Origin: a phage
Length of the DNA stretch: 64,000 bases
Sequence record: PZ445527.1
Reading direction: 5' to 3' (one strand)
Within the stretch, counting starts at the first letter, position 1; every line of letters starts with the position of its first letter. Made by a program: the position numbers and the translations under genes. This document shows, piece after piece, positions 19,314 to 29,894 of the stretch. The notes under the pieces were generated by a model. The model was not told the origin of the DNA. It was given only the letters and a program-made list of their open reading frames with translations, and ran no database searches.

Positions 19314-20081
19314 CTAGGTTCCTTGATTAACCTTAATTTTATATCTGGAGTGAATTAGGTCTCTTGCAGCTTTTGCTATAGCCTCACCAATAAGTTTTTG
19401 TGGGTTTCTAGCGCCAGGATAAGGTCGTAGGGATAATCTTCTATATGTAGATACTGCTGGGTTGAATACAGAATATGGACGAGTCATATAATTATATGTT
19501 ACGTTTAATTCAGGAGAGCCTTTACTGGTTTCAGAATCACGAAGCATAACATCTTTAATTTTTAAAGAGTTTGCAAAGCGACCAGTTCTAAACTTTAATG
19601 GTGCTCCAGCTTTTTTCATATCCTTTATTAAGTATTCTTTAGCAACTATCTCTAGTATAGTCTTCATATTGCTGTTAGACACGAAACGTCCAGAAGCACC
19701 TGTTACTGCACCAGAATATCCATCTTCTACGTCTCTAGGATCACCAAAGTTTACCTGCACTCTACCAGTAGAACGTTTTTTACCTACTGAGGATTTTTTA
19801 CCAGCGGTTGCTTGTATTAGATTCTCCAAAGCACCTAAGTCTCCTGTTAGATCTAAGCTAGAAGAAACTGCTTTTAGTATAGAGGCTGTTCTAACGTTAA
19901 GGAGATCTTGTGATACAGGTTTTGAAAACTTGAAAGATACTTGAGCAACAGTACCATCTCTGGTAGGATCTTTTAATCCTGTTTCAACAGAGTATACAAC
20001 AGTATTCTTATTGTTCTCAGATCGGCTTGCAGTATCTAGCTGCTCCTTAATAATTTGTGTAGCTAAATCAGAAAGAGACAT
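19314..20081 (-). CDS. head-tail joining / tail completion protein (putative)
   Basis: 255 aa; between head completion and tail terminator genes. Confidence 0.4.
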   Translation of the reverse strand: MSLSDLATQIIKEQLDTASRSENNKNTVVYSVETGLKDPTRDGTVAQVSFKFSKPVSQDLLNVRTASILKAVSSSLDLTGDLGALENLIQATAGKKSSVGKKRSTGRVQVNFGDPRDVEDGYSGAVTGASGRFVSNSNMKTILEIVAKEYLIKDMKKAGAPLKFRTGRFANSLKIKDVMLRDSETSKGSPELNVTYNYMTRPYSVFNPAVSTYRRLSLRPYPGARNPQKLIGEAIAKAARDLIHSRYKIKVNQGT

Positions 20082-20593
20082 TATACTCTCCTGTAAACTT
20101 CAATAATAGTACGAATATGCTCTGGAATGCCAGACTTAGTATTATTAAAAGTAACTGTTTCTCCGCCAATTGTTTTAGCTTGACGGTAATCCTGTTTATG
20201 CCAATGGTCTACTAGCATACATGCTGCAAGTTTGAGATCCTCAGGCATTGGATTAAATCCCCCTTGTGTGTACTCTACATCCATATAACCTTCTGGAGGA
20301 CTAAATTTAAGAAGTATAACCCCATCAGAGTACAACTTATACTGTTCGGGATCTATCTCCTTATCATTAATAGTCATTTTGATTATTGAAGTAGCTGAGG
20401 GAGAGCTTAAAAAGTATTTTTTACGAGTAGGTTTTGTATTGATTAACTGGTCTACCGCATCAGCATCATCCATACCTAAAAGGCTAGTAATCAGCGCATT
20501 GGCAGCAGTAATCATCACCTCTACTCCAGATTCTAGTTCCGGTCGTTTTAACCCGCCATATAATCTATAGTCTTCAGCTGTGATTATTTGCAT
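20081..20593 (-). CDS. head completion / connector protein (putative)
   Basis: 170 aa; first gene after major capsid terminator. Confidence 0.4.
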   Translation of the reverse strand: MQIITAEDYRLYGGLKRPELESGVEVMITAANALITSLLGMDDADAVDQLINTKPTRKKYFLSSPSATSIIKMTINDKEIDPEQYKLYSDGVILLKFSPPEGYMDVEYTQGGFNPMPEDLKLAACMLVDHWHKQDYRQAKTIGGETVTFNNTKSGIPEHIRTIIEVYRRV

Positions 20594-20599
20594 TTATTT

Positions 20600-20631
20600 T
20601 TCCCAATAAAAAAGGAGAGCCGAAGCTCTCC
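20600..20631 (-). terminator. rho-independent terminator after major capsid protein gene
   Basis: hairpin GGAGAGC-cgaa-GCTCTCC followed on - strand by TTTTTTTATTGGGAAAAATAAATG, which runs into the next start codon. Confidence 0.7.
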
Positions 20632-20652
20632 TTATCGGCTGAAAAGCCTGTA

Positions 20653-22029
20653 TTAAGATGCAGCGTAAGCACCGGATACAACGCCATTATTAAAGTAACG
20701 TTGCAGGTTAACACGCTGAGTAACGTAGTATGCATCACGCTGTTTACCAGCTTGGCGCTCACGTTCAACAGTAACAGCACGCTGACGCGGCATTACGAAG
20801 TTATCTTTATAAACAATAACTGCGAATTCTGCTGAGTTAGCTTTAGTCGGGAAATACTCGGAAACTACAACCGGCAGACCATAAATACGACCAACCTGAC
20901 CCTGCAGTTTAACAGCATCGTTACCAACTTGGGAAACATCCTGCCATTCTTCATCTTCCAGCAGATCGTAGTAAGCATCCATAGATACGATCAGTACCAG
21001 CTTGCTCAGTTTCAGACCATGGCGGCCCAGTTTACGACGCAGTTTAGAGATAGTCTTAGCAGTTACCTTCACGGAACCGTCAGCTTTAGCTTCTGTGACA
21101 ACCTTAGCACTATCTTCACTAGCAAGGGTCAACAGACCTTTCGGCTTACCAGAACCATCACCAGTCATAAACGCTTCTTCGATAGAAACAGCGTGTGCTT
21201 CAATCAGACGTTTACGCAGCAGCGGTAACAGAGAGAAGATTGCATCTTCTTCAGTTTCATCAGTAATGAAGGACTTAGCAGCCAGTTTGTAGGTTTTAAA
21301 ACTAATTTCAGTTAATGCACCTTTAACTTCGTTACCAGTAGTATTGTCAGTACCATAAGCGGAAGCATCTACCCAAGTAGCTTTACCAGCTTCTGGTTCA
21401 ACCAGCATAGTAAGAATCTTACTAGACATCGGCAGTTCTTCGAACAGTGCACCAACTACCAGCTCTTTCTGCAGATCACGAATGATACGCTGGGAGAAAA
21501 TAGTTTCATAGTTTTCACTGGAAACCTGAACTGAAGAAGAGGTGTTTACAGCTTTAAGGTGATTCTGACCATGTTCAGTTTCGAATACGCCTTTTTCCAT
21601 TACATAAGATAACAGAACCAGTTTTTCAACTTCATCTTCAAAGGCTTCCTGAGTACCGTACAGTGCTTTAGCAACACTATCCCCTACGAAGGAACGACCT
21701 TCACGAGCTGTCAACAGGGATTTGATTTCATCCTGAAGACCAACAATAGTTTCCTGTTGTTTTTCTACAGTTTGTGCAAACAGTTCTGCACTCTTCTTAG
21801 ATTTCTCATCCAGGGACTTAACCAGTTCCAGAGCTTCTTCCAGACGCTTACGGTCTTCGCCAACTGCCTTAGAAACCAGGTCATTCATACGAGCCAGTTC
21901 TTTTTCTTCCTGCTCTTTACGCATACGTTCAGCTTCCTGAGCTTTCTGAGCAGCGGTCAGACCTTCCAGAGATTTAGCCAGATCACCCAGACCAAGTTCT
22001 TCTTTCAGCTTATTAATATCAATAGTCAT
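20653..22029 (-). CDS. major capsid protein precursor (pb8-like, HK97 fold with N-terminal scaffold domain)
   Basis: 458 aa; N-terminal coiled-coil scaffold-like region; follows prohead protease gene. Confidence 0.88.
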   Translation of the reverse strand: MTIDINKLKEELGLGDLAKSLEGLTAAQKAQEAERMRKEQEEKELARMNDLVSKAVGEDRKRLEEALELVKSLDEKSKKSAELFAQTVEKQQETIVGLQDEIKSLLTAREGRSFVGDSVAKALYGTQEAFEDEVEKLVLLSYVMEKGVFETEHGQNHLKAVNTSSSVQVSSENYETIFSQRIIRDLQKELVVGALFEELPMSSKILTMLVEPEAGKATWVDASAYGTDNTTGNEVKGALTEISFKTYKLAAKSFITDETEEDAIFSLLPLLRKRLIEAHAVSIEEAFMTGDGSGKPKGLLTLASEDSAKVVTEAKADGSVKVTAKTISKLRRKLGRHGLKLSKLVLIVSMDAYYDLLEDEEWQDVSQVGNDAVKLQGQVGRIYGLPVVVSEYFPTKANSAEFAVIVYKDNFVMPRQRAVTVERERQAGKQRDAYYVTQRVNLQRYFNNGVVSGAYAAS

Positions 22030-22046
22030 TTTTAAATAATTCTCCG

Positions 22047-22679
22047 TTATTCTTTAACGTAGCCTAAAGCTATCGCAAGTTTTTCTAGTTCAGAAAGATT
22101 ACGTTCTTGAGCTGGGACAGCTTTAGAACTTATTGCAGTAAAAGATTTACGCCATTCAGTATAATCATGACCATTCATGCTCTTAGCGAGATTGAACGTT
22201 GAGTCTTGATTACAAGGTACAGAAACTACCGAAACTTCGTATAGTTCTAAATCTTTAATAATAAATATATCAGTAGCTTCATCCCACTCTGCATCTAGGC
22301 AGCGGAATCCGATACTAAAAGTTTTCAGTACACCGTTTTTAATTAGTGAAAAGATAGCCGGATCGGAACTTTCATAGATCTCACATTCGATTTCGAGACC
22401 CATTTCAGTAGGGTTAAGATCAATACACTTACCGATTGGACGACGATGATCGTGTCCGAAAAGAATAATCGGGTTTTTCATGTAGTTAGTAAGTGCATTA
22501 GACGTTTTCCACGCAGAAGCAGGAATTATATCACCAGCGCGATCTTTACTAATTGTATTAGCGAATCCACGGATTTTTACAACGCCCTCTTTGGATTCGC
22601 TATCAATAGATTTAATATAAGCATCTAAATGAACCGGTGCTGATTTCAACTTATTATAGTCAATAGCAGCTTGTGTCAT
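22047..22679 (-). CDS. prohead maturation protease (pb11-like)
   Basis: 210 aa; GHDH and ELYEVSVVS motifs typical of HK97-type prohead protease. Confidence 0.8.
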   Translation of the reverse strand: MTQAAIDYNKLKSAPVHLDAYIKSIDSESKEGVVKIRGFANTISKDRAGDIIPASAWKTSNALTNYMKNPIILFGHDHRRPIGKCIDLNPTEMGLEIECEIYESSDPAIFSLIKNGVLKTFSIGFRCLDAEWDEATDIFIIKDLELYEVSVVSVPCNQDSTFNLAKSMNGHDYTEWRKSFTAISSKAVPAQERNLSELEKLAIALGYVKE

Positions 22680-22682
22680 TTA

Positions 22683-23174
22683 TTAGCCTCCAACACCAGG
22701 GTTAACTGTCACAGTACACGCAGTAGAATCCTTACTTACTCGCTTACTATCTGTTACAGTTACTTTATAAGAGCCGGCATCCTCAGCTGCTGCTGCAGGC
22801 TTAGTATAGGTAGCCCCTGAAGCACCAGGAATAGGAGAACCATCTTTAGTCCATGCATAAGTATATGGACCAGTACCACCAGTTGCAGTAACAGAGAGTG
22901 TTAATGCTGCTCCCTCTTCAACTGACATGCTCGCAGTTAAATCTTTAGAAAGAGTTAATGGTGGAGCCGGTGGAGCAGGAGGAACTGCTTTACCATAAGC
23001 CTCTACAAATTTCTTCCATACTTTACGGTTAGTATGCGCAGATGAAAGCCCTAGTTCTCTACGCAGAAAAGCATAGCTAGGAACATATTTATGCGCAGCA
23101 ACCGTAGCAAAGAAGATATGAGATTCTGGCAGTTTTTCACCAAAAATGGTCTTTAGACCATTATAATCAATCAT
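22683..23174 (-). CDS. capsid decoration protein (pb10-like) with C-terminal Ig-like domain
   Basis: 163 aa; Pro-rich linker PPAPPAPP then Ig-like domain. Confidence 0.65.
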   Translation of the reverse strand: MIDYNGLKTIFGEKLPESHIFFATVAAHKYVPSYAFLRRELGLSSAHTNRKVWKKFVEAYGKAVPPAPPAPPLTLSKDLTASMSVEEGAALTLSVTATGGTGPYTYAWTKDGSPIPGASGATYTKPAAAAEDAGSYKVTVTDSKRVSKDSTACTVTVNPGVGG

Positions 23175-24388
23175 TCTTTATCTCCCTCGGTGGAACCTTG
23201 AGGTCTACCACCTTCTTGACCAGATACACCTGTTGCAGAACCAGCAACGTTAGCAGGAATACGAATCCTATCCATCTGCTCATCATCTAAAGGTTCAAGG
23301 TTCAGCTCTAAACGAGCTTCGTTACCAGTCATAATACCATTATTAACCAATGAGGTTAAATGTTTAGCCTCAGCTTCTTTATCTGGTGTTAATGCAGCTA
23401 CCTCCTTAGTATTAGGGGTAATCTTATAACCAAAAAAGAAAGTAAGAGAACTAGTCAGTTTGTTCAGCATAGGAATGATAGTCATATAATAGAACAATTC
23501 GATGTTTGGTCGAATATTCGCATTATTACCACCATCAAGCAGTACTTGCGGAACTCCAAAGGCTAGACAAATAGATTTATTGAATCCTTCGATGTCTTCC
23601 TTAAAGTCTAGATCTTTAAAAGAGGATATTTGGGAGTACGGTTTAGCTTTCATGCCACCATCTAGAATCAGGACAGAAGACTGACCAGTACTAGGATTAT
23701 AATCGAGTTGTAATTCTTCTTGTTTACGCTCACGCAATTTCTTGTTCAGGATTTCATCCGTTTCAAGAATAAGACCAATCACGGTTCCGTTATCTAGGAA
23801 TTTCTCTTTAAAGTTAAGCATCTTAGAACGCTTCTCAAGAGAATCAATAACAGTAGCAACACGAGATTGTCCAGAAATTTGAGAGTTTGTGCCACACACG
23901 TAACTGTTATCCTTTATAAAGATAATCTCATCTACGCGATAGTTTATCTGATTATTAAATATAAATTTTTTGATAAACTTATTGGCATCTGCCTCGACCT
24001 GCATAAGAGCAGCCGGGACATGGTAAAGCGATGTGCCATCCCAATAGATGTATGCACAACCTTCAAAAAGTAGGTCAGTGACTACAAGTCTACGGAATGT
24101 GCTTATATCCATGAATGGATTAGGTCGTACATTTAAGAGAGTGTCTAGAGTCTTTGTCTTGATGCCATTGGCATACGTGACAATATTATATTTATCTCCG
24201 ACAGTATAAGAACACTCCGCCGCACTATCTATAACCATATTAGCAGTTCTATTGAGAATCTCAATTTTACTGTAGGCTTGTCCAGTGGTAAAAGGCTTAC
24301 GGTTAGTGCGATGACTAACTGGTTCCATGTCTCTTATAATACGTTGACCCGGATTTAGCTTTTCAGTAATCCAGCTTTTAAAACCCAT
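23171..24388 (-). CDS. portal protein (pb7-like)
   Basis: 405 aa; between terminase and protease genes. Confidence 0.82.
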   Translation of the reverse strand: MGFKSWITEKLNPGQRIIRDMEPVSHRTNRKPFTTGQAYSKIEILNRTANMVIDSAAECSYTVGDKYNIVTYANGIKTKTLDTLLNVRPNPFMDISTFRRLVVTDLLFEGCAYIYWDGTSLYHVPAALMQVEADANKFIKKFIFNNQINYRVDEIIFIKDNSYVCGTNSQISGQSRVATVIDSLEKRSKMLNFKEKFLDNGTVIGLILETDEILNKKLRERKQEELQLDYNPSTGQSSVLILDGGMKAKPYSQISSFKDLDFKEDIEGFNKSICLAFGVPQVLLDGGNNANIRPNIELFYYMTIIPMLNKLTSSLTFFFGYKITPNTKEVAALTPDKEAEAKHLTSLVNNGIMTGNEARLELNLEPLDDEQMDRIRIPANVAGSATGVSGQEGGRPQGSTEGDKE

Positions 24389-24840
24389 TATAAGAACCTT
24401 GCGAATCCTGATTTTGTTTCAGTCTTGACTTGTGTCTTTTCTTGAGGATTCTGTATTTTGTCTTTCTGCTTTTGAACCCACGCTTTTTGCTTATTAGCAG
24501 AAAATAAGGGAGGTTCTTTCGTGTAAACCTTATGTAATAGTTGGTGATGGTGCTGGCACAATGTTACCACGTCCCTAACTAACTCATGCTCATATTTCTT
24601 GTAGAATGCTTCCCTATTTGAAAGGACGATATTCTCATCAGTGAAATCCAGCTGGAGTTCTTTAGCAAATTTTTTTATTAGCTGAGATATAGTATGATAA
24701 TGATGAAGTTCTAGGTCTTCACTACTACCACATATAGCACAGCAACCATCCTTACTATACCTAGATTTTATACCATCCCTCATTATGGAAATGGCATCAC
24801 GTTTGTACTTAGTATTAGTGGCCATACTCCTCCAATCCAA
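24388..24840 (-). CDS. HNH endonuclease (packaging-associated or homing)
   Basis: zinc-finger CAIC ... HHYH ... CQHHH HNH motifs; start overlaps portal gene. Confidence 0.75.
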   Translation of the reverse strand: MDWRSMATNTKYKRDAISIMRDGIKSRYSKDGCCAICGSSEDLELHHYHTISQLIKKFAKELQLDFTDENIVLSNREAFYKKYEHELVRDVVTLCQHHHQLLHKVYTKEPPLFSANKQKAWVQKQKDKIQNPQEKTQVKTETKSGFARFL

Positions 24841-25342
24841 AGCTACTTAGAAAGATTACTATATCCTCTAGGGCAACATTGAGATTCCATCTAATGTGGT
24901 ATAGCATATATGACCCTTATTGTGTTATAGATGTAGTTTTTATTAGTATAGTTATTTAATGGCACATACCCTATTCTGAGTATTTTGGCTTTAATAGCTA
25001 CATCTAGTGATATAGTGTAAAGGTGCAATGTGGTGTTGCTTCCCAAACGTGTGCTCTCTGGCATCTAAATACTGTTTTTGTACGTTGGTTTACATATTCA
25101 CCTACAATTTGGATTCCACGATCAGCTAATCTAATATTTATATCTTTTATTGTTAGCTTTTGTCGACCTATAGAATCTCCTACACCCCATGTAGAGCATT
25201 AATTTTTCTTGTTTACGTTCTATTATGGGAGAAGTTCTCCCGATCAATGAATATAGTATACATAATCGTATCGAATTTGTAAAGGAGATTTTAAAATACA
25301 GGAATGGGGTACCAACTGAGTAGTATCCCATCCTATACTTAT

Positions 25343-26659
25343 TTATTTACCACGGGAAATAGAGTAAATTCCATAGCGCAGCGCATCACAAAGGTGAGAG
25401 TTAGCATCATGACGTGGTTTTTCACGTGATAATTTCTCTTCACCTTCTTGGAAATCCCACTTATAGTTCTGCAATGCATGGATTAATGAGGAACATGAAG
25501 CATCTACAATAATCTTACCCTGTTGGAACAGTGCTTGCAGGCATGCTAGACCATCTAAGACAGATTTTTTAGCTGGAGCCGATGCAATTTCATGCTCATA
25601 AGCTAAGTCCTGGCGGAACTGAGCTGCTGCAGAGTCAACAAAAATACGATCAACTTTATAACGATCTATACAGTGCTGAATATAAGCAGCATGCTGAGCT
25701 GTAGTTTTCTCCGCCTGCTGGTATTCTTCTAACACATAGTAGGTATCTGTATCGTAATGATATTTAATAGTAAGAACTGCTGTAGGATCACGATAACCAA
25801 CGTCAATACCAAGCAACGTTTCGAATGCTTCATCATCTTTAAAGAAGTGACGCATACCTTTGAGGTCTTTAACATGATCGATAGCATTAAAGGTATCAAA
25901 GATCTGGCCTTCGAATACAGAGAAGTCAGCCTCGTATTCCTGGCGGAAGTAGTTTTTACTAACTGTACGACGTGCTTCCTCAATGTCATTCAGATCAGCA
26001 CGAGGATTATCACGATATGTACCATGAATAGATACCCAGTTAGGTAACGTATCATCGAATCCGTAGGCGTAAAACTCTTTAAACCAGTTACCCCCACGAG
26101 GGGTGGAAATAAATAGAGCCTTAGAATTAGGTTTATCTAGAGTAGGACGCAGCTGAACCCTGAAGGCATCACCACCCACGTCGGAAATTGCCGCCTCGTC
26201 AAAGATGATAAAATCATATGAACGCCCAACTGCGGAGTCAGCCTGAGCCGCGGAAGCTAGTTTAAATAGAGAACCATTAGCTAACTCAATCTCTTTATCT
26301 TTAGCGTTTTCACGTTCGGTTTGTAGGCCATACTTCTTAATAAGACCACGAATCTGAGACCATCCGATATTAGCCAGTGAATAGTTAGGGGCAACTACTA
26401 GTACCTTCACATTAGGTTCCAGCAATTTTAGGAACCCAAGTGTATACGCTATAAAAGACTTGCCTACACGGCGTGATACACACGCCGTTACAAAACGATG
26501 TCTAGGGTCTTCTAGGGCATTGATAATTGCTATTTGAGGGCCATTAGGTGTAATACCCTCTTGTGCTAGTATTCCAGAAACAGGTAGACGGAAGAAACGT
26601 TTGTCTATTCCGAAATCAATAACGTCTACTGTATTAACATAGGGTCTTGATACTTCCAT
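25343..26659 (-). CDS. terminase large subunit
   Basis: 438 aa; Walker A-like VSRRVGKSF; C-terminal nuclease-like region. Confidence 0.88.
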   Translation of the reverse strand: MEVSRPYVNTVDVIDFGIDKRFFRLPVSGILAQEGITPNGPQIAIINALEDPRHRFVTACVSRRVGKSFIAYTLGFLKLLEPNVKVLVVAPNYSLANIGWSQIRGLIKKYGLQTERENAKDKEIELANGSLFKLASAAQADSAVGRSYDFIIFDEAAISDVGGDAFRVQLRPTLDKPNSKALFISTPRGGNWFKEFYAYGFDDTLPNWVSIHGTYRDNPRADLNDIEEARRTVSKNYFRQEYEADFSVFEGQIFDTFNAIDHVKDLKGMRHFFKDDEAFETLLGIDVGYRDPTAVLTIKYHYDTDTYYVLEEYQQAEKTTAQHAAYIQHCIDRYKVDRIFVDSAAAQFRQDLAYEHEIASAPAKKSVLDGLACLQALFQQGKIIVDASCSSLIHALQNYKWDFQEGEEKLSREKPRHDANSHLCDALRYGIYSISRGK

Positions 26660-27141
26660 TACTTTTTACCTCCAGTAGCTAGGGAAGTAATTAGGTCCAT
26701 GTAGTTTTGATCCCCGGCTCCAGCAATAATGTTATTCTGGATATTGGTCTGATTAGCAGGAGCTCGAACGGCAGCTTTAGCTTTTTCTAACTCTACCATC
26801 ATCTTCATTTCTTCCATCTTCATCTTATGTGCTTTCCAGAGAATATCCATAATATCCTGGTCAGAACCCATGCCAGTTTCTTCTAACTCTTCTAGCTTGC
26901 GCTTAATAACTTCGTCTAGAACACCAAATAAACGATCTCTATTACGGAATCCGCTTTCCATAAAAATATCGTTTAAGTAGTTCTTAACTTCACTACGATT
27001 CATAATATCTCGGAAAGCTATTTCTGACATTCCAAGACTACGTGCGGCAAAAGGCACATCACTGCCGCACTGTAAATAAGCTTCAATCACATCCATCCCT
27101 TCAGGGGACATAAGATCTGGTACTAATACATCATTTGCCAT
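26659..27141 (-). CDS. putative terminase small subunit / DNA-binding protein
   Basis: 160 aa with N-terminal HTH-like segment; directly upstream of and overlapping terminase large gene. Confidence 0.45.
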   Translation of the reverse strand: MANDVLVPDLMSPEGMDVIEAYLQCGSDVPFAARSLGMSEIAFRDIMNRSEVKNYLNDIFMESGFRNRDRLFGVLDEVIKRKLEELEETGMGSDQDIMDILWKAHKMKMEEMKMMVELEKAKAAVRAPANQTNIQNNIIAGAGDQNYMDLITSLATGGKK

Positions 27142-27151
27142 ATTTCCTCCT

Positions 27152-28939
27152 TTAGGTAAGGCGTTGAATTGTTACTCTTAATCTAGGTAAGAAGACGGCG
27201 GCGGATTCATTTGCATGTATAACTACACCCAACTCAGCGTTACCGTTACCCAAATTTTTAATAGTATAAATAAACCCACTTCTAGTAAATGTTAAGTCAT
27301 CTGGTCGACTAGCCCACTGTTGTGTATAACTATAGGAAGCTGTAGTATGAAATGGCACCAAATGATTAGGAGGTAGAGTTAATATTTGATGAAATATCCC
27401 ATCACCTCCTGTATAACTTTGCTGCCTTCTCCCCTGCACCTGCCATGCAGTGCCACCATATGTTCGTATAGGACCCCCTGCTGTATTAAGGTTTCCAGCA
27501 ACCACCTCAGTAGTTAGGATTACTGTAGAGTTTGCATTTGGTAGCCCAAGACTTACTGTGGATAAGGCTACATACTTATTACCTGTACCTGGGTAAGAAG
27601 GGTTTATGTCATCACCTATGTAAGTACTAGCTACGTTATTCGGTAGTAATCGTAAAGGTACTGAAGAAGGCCCCCAAACGACCCCGTGCTCATTACCTAT
27701 AGTATTATTGTTGGAATTAACATACCATTGTTTACCGGCAGAGAATTTGTAAATACTTATCTGAGACTTAGAACCCCCATAATTTACGGGAGACCATAGA
27801 GAGCCATTATTAGACCCCACAATTTCGCATCTTGCTGTAGTATCTCCAAATACTCCAGTATAAGCAACGTTATTTCCAATATATTCCATATCAGGTCTAG
27901 ATGATAAGTTACCAAAGGCATTCTGATTAATGAATTTGTAACTAGTATTTGGAAGACTAACACCTTTTATAGTAAAGTTAGAGGGGCTTATAAGAATATC
28001 GGATCCAGTAAATGGGTTACTAGCAACGCTCATACCACCATTAGAATATCTAAGGTTCAGCACATACCAGATAACTTTGGTTGGAGTAATATTATAACTA
28101 TCTTGCACATACTGCTTCTTTGCTGCTTGTGATGCTAAGTTAGACGTTGAGCCTCTACATACATAAACCTTATCTGGATAGGTTGAAGAATTATATAGTA
28201 CACTAACATTACTTGGCGTAGTACCCTTTTTACCAGCGTATCCACGTATATTGGAGTTACAAACATAAAACCAAGTATGCCCCCTTTTCCCCGCCCCTAT
28301 AGGAGCCTGCCAGTTAGGGTGCCAGAAGTCAACATTACCACTATTTATCGATACTTTAGATGCTCCGGCTGGAAATCCTGCTAGAGTCCACGCTCTGCCC
28401 ATAGCTTCGGCGGCGTACGCCCCTCCTGGTCTGTATAAGTTAAACCCAGAAGCCTGTGATATAGTACCGCCAGTACCTTGTCTAGCTATTGATTCTTCAT
28501 GCCCTAGACTAGAGTTATAAGTATAAGTACCATGTGCTAAACTATTACCAGATGCAAAAGCTGATGTAAGACCTACTTCAGCACCAGCCCTACCAATAGG
28601 AGGGTCTTCAAAAAATGCAAGAAATTGTCCAACCTGGGATTGAGTACCGTTCAAAAAACCACGATGAGTACCATTAATTTCAACAGCGGTTAGTATAACT
28701 CTACCAGGATCGTTGCTCTTTAGATTAGCTATTACAGAAGGCATTTGGCACACAAAGAACCCATTACCCGCGTTACTTAATGCACTCTCATACGTACTCT
28801 CGACTAGAACAAATGGCATATCAGAATGAAATATAGTATTGGCGTTAGGAGTTTTGTGAGCATTAATATCCCCACCATTCACCTTGTTTAGTGATAATAC
28901 AGTTTTACCATCACTATATTTTCCAGCGAAAAAACCCAT
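27152..28939 (-). CDS. receptor-binding tail protein (pb5-like)
   Basis: 595 aa Gly/Ser/Thr/Asn-rich; divergently paired with lipoprotein gene as in T5 oad-llp. Confidence 0.65.
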   Translation of the reverse strand: MGFFAGKYSDGKTVLSLNKVNGGDINAHKTPNANTIFHSDMPFVLVESTYESALSNAGNGFFVCQMPSVIANLKSNDPGRVILTAVEINGTHRGFLNGTQSQVGQFLAFFEDPPIGRAGAEVGLTSAFASGNSLAHGTYTYNSSLGHEESIARQGTGGTISQASGFNLYRPGGAYAAEAMGRAWTLAGFPAGASKVSINSGNVDFWHPNWQAPIGAGKRGHTWFYVCNSNIRGYAGKKGTTPSNVSVLYNSSTYPDKVYVCRGSTSNLASQAAKKQYVQDSYNITPTKVIWYVLNLRYSNGGMSVASNPFTGSDILISPSNFTIKGVSLPNTSYKFINQNAFGNLSSRPDMEYIGNNVAYTGVFGDTTARCEIVGSNNGSLWSPVNYGGSKSQISIYKFSAGKQWYVNSNNNTIGNEHGVVWGPSSVPLRLLPNNVASTYIGDDINPSYPGTGNKYVALSTVSLGLPNANSTVILTTEVVAGNLNTAGGPIRTYGGTAWQVQGRRQQSYTGGDGIFHQILTLPPNHLVPFHTTASYSYTQQWASRPDDLTFTRSGFIYTIKNLGNGNAELGVVIHANESAAVFLPRLRVTIQRLT

Positions 28940-28964
28940 ATAATCTCCTATTATAAAAATGTAT

Positions 28965-28993
28965 TTGCTTTCATCCCTCTATTTTGCTATAAT
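28965..28993 (+). promoter_or_regulatory. sigma70-like promoter for llp-like gene
   Basis: extended -10 TGcTATAAT (28985-28993), -35-like TTTGCT 17 nt upstream, RBS GGAGAG before ATG 29025. Confidence 0.5.
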
Positions 28994-29024
28994 ATATTCA
29001 TAAATTAGAAATGGAGAGATAAAT

Positions 29025-29291
29025 ATGAAAAAGTTTGTGACTGCACTAGTTGCCGCAGTTATGTTATCTGGTTGTGCACCTGCCCCCAAACCATTTTGTA
29101 CGGGATTTGTAAAATCTTTTGGTGGTGCGGGAGAGGAACATTACGGCCTCAAGGTTCAAAAAGTTCGTATTAAGGGAGATCGCTTTCCAGTAGTACAGCT
29201 CCGTACTAAATTTGGGTGGTGGGATCTCAGTCAGTTTGACCTTAAATATGGTGATTGTAAATTTAAACTAGAGCAATCTAATTACCTGTAA
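29025..29291 (+). CDS. llp: Llp-like lipoprotein (candidate receptor-blocking superinfection exclusion)
   Basis: 88 aa; signal peptide with lipobox LSGC; divergent from receptor-binding protein gene. Confidence 0.65.
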   Translation: MKKFVTALVAAVMLSGCAPAPKPFCTGFVKSFGGAGEEHYGLKVQKVRIKGDRFPVVQLRTKFGWWDLSQFDLKYGDCKFKLEQSNYL

Positions 29292-29467
29292 TTAGTATAA
29301 AGCAAAAAGACATCTAAGTAAACTAAATTTTTTATTTCTTGGATGGTGTACTGGCAGAAACCACTATATGAGAAAAGTTGAAGTCCTTCTAGGAGTTCAC
29401 AGGCACGGTTGGTTGCGCACAAATTGTAGAATATTTTAAATACCACACTTATAGGAGCATAAAAGAT

Positions 29468-29596
29468 ATGTCAAACAAGAGAAAGAGCAGACGTGGAGAA
29501 GTGTATGATAGTTGGATTAATAGCTTTGGATTCGGAACTATCCTATTCTTTATTTTCGTAGGTTTTTGGTTGGCAGCTATGGCGGGGTGGATTTAA
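29468..29596 (+). CDS. small membrane protein (42 aa)
   Basis: RBS AGGAG 7 nt upstream of ATG; one TM helix; stop overlaps next start (TAATG). Confidence 0.45.
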   Translation: MSNKRKSRRGEVYDSWINSFGFGTILFFIFVGFWLAAMAGWI

Positions 29597-29703
29597 TGGA
29601 ATGGGTAATTATTGCACTACTAGGGGTTGTGATTATTGGGCAATGTATTTTAGATAATCACTTAGCTAGAATTGAAACTTTATTAACGGAGAAACGTAAA
29701 TGA
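29596..29703 (+). CDS. small membrane protein (35 aa)
   Basis: translationally coupled (ATGA overlap with next ORF); one TM helix. Confidence 0.4.
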   Translation: MEWVIIALLGVVIIGQCILDNHLARIETLLTEKRK

Positions 29704-29894
29704 TAGAAGTAGTAGCTACACTAATAGTAATACTAGTCTGGGCAACTTTCATTGTTTCTTATAACGCATATGTTCGCCTAAAAACTCTAGAGGCTCAGGT
29801 AAAGCAGCAACAATTTGCTATAGAAAAATTATTAGAACTGCAACGTTGTGATAGTATCCGTATTCTGCAAGTTGAGAGGGAATTAGATGTTTAG
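29700..29894 (+). CDS. small membrane protein (64 aa)
   Basis: N-terminal TM helix then coiled-coil-like segment. Confidence 0.5.
   Translation: MIEVVATLIVILVWATFIVSYNAYVRLKTLEAQVKQQQFAIEKLLELQRCDSIRILQVERELDV

Noticed and set aside
25131-25331. 66-aa - strand ORF in the portal-terminase spacer
   Set aside because: No RBS, odd composition, lies in a probable regulatory spacer; kept only as part of the non-coding region finding.
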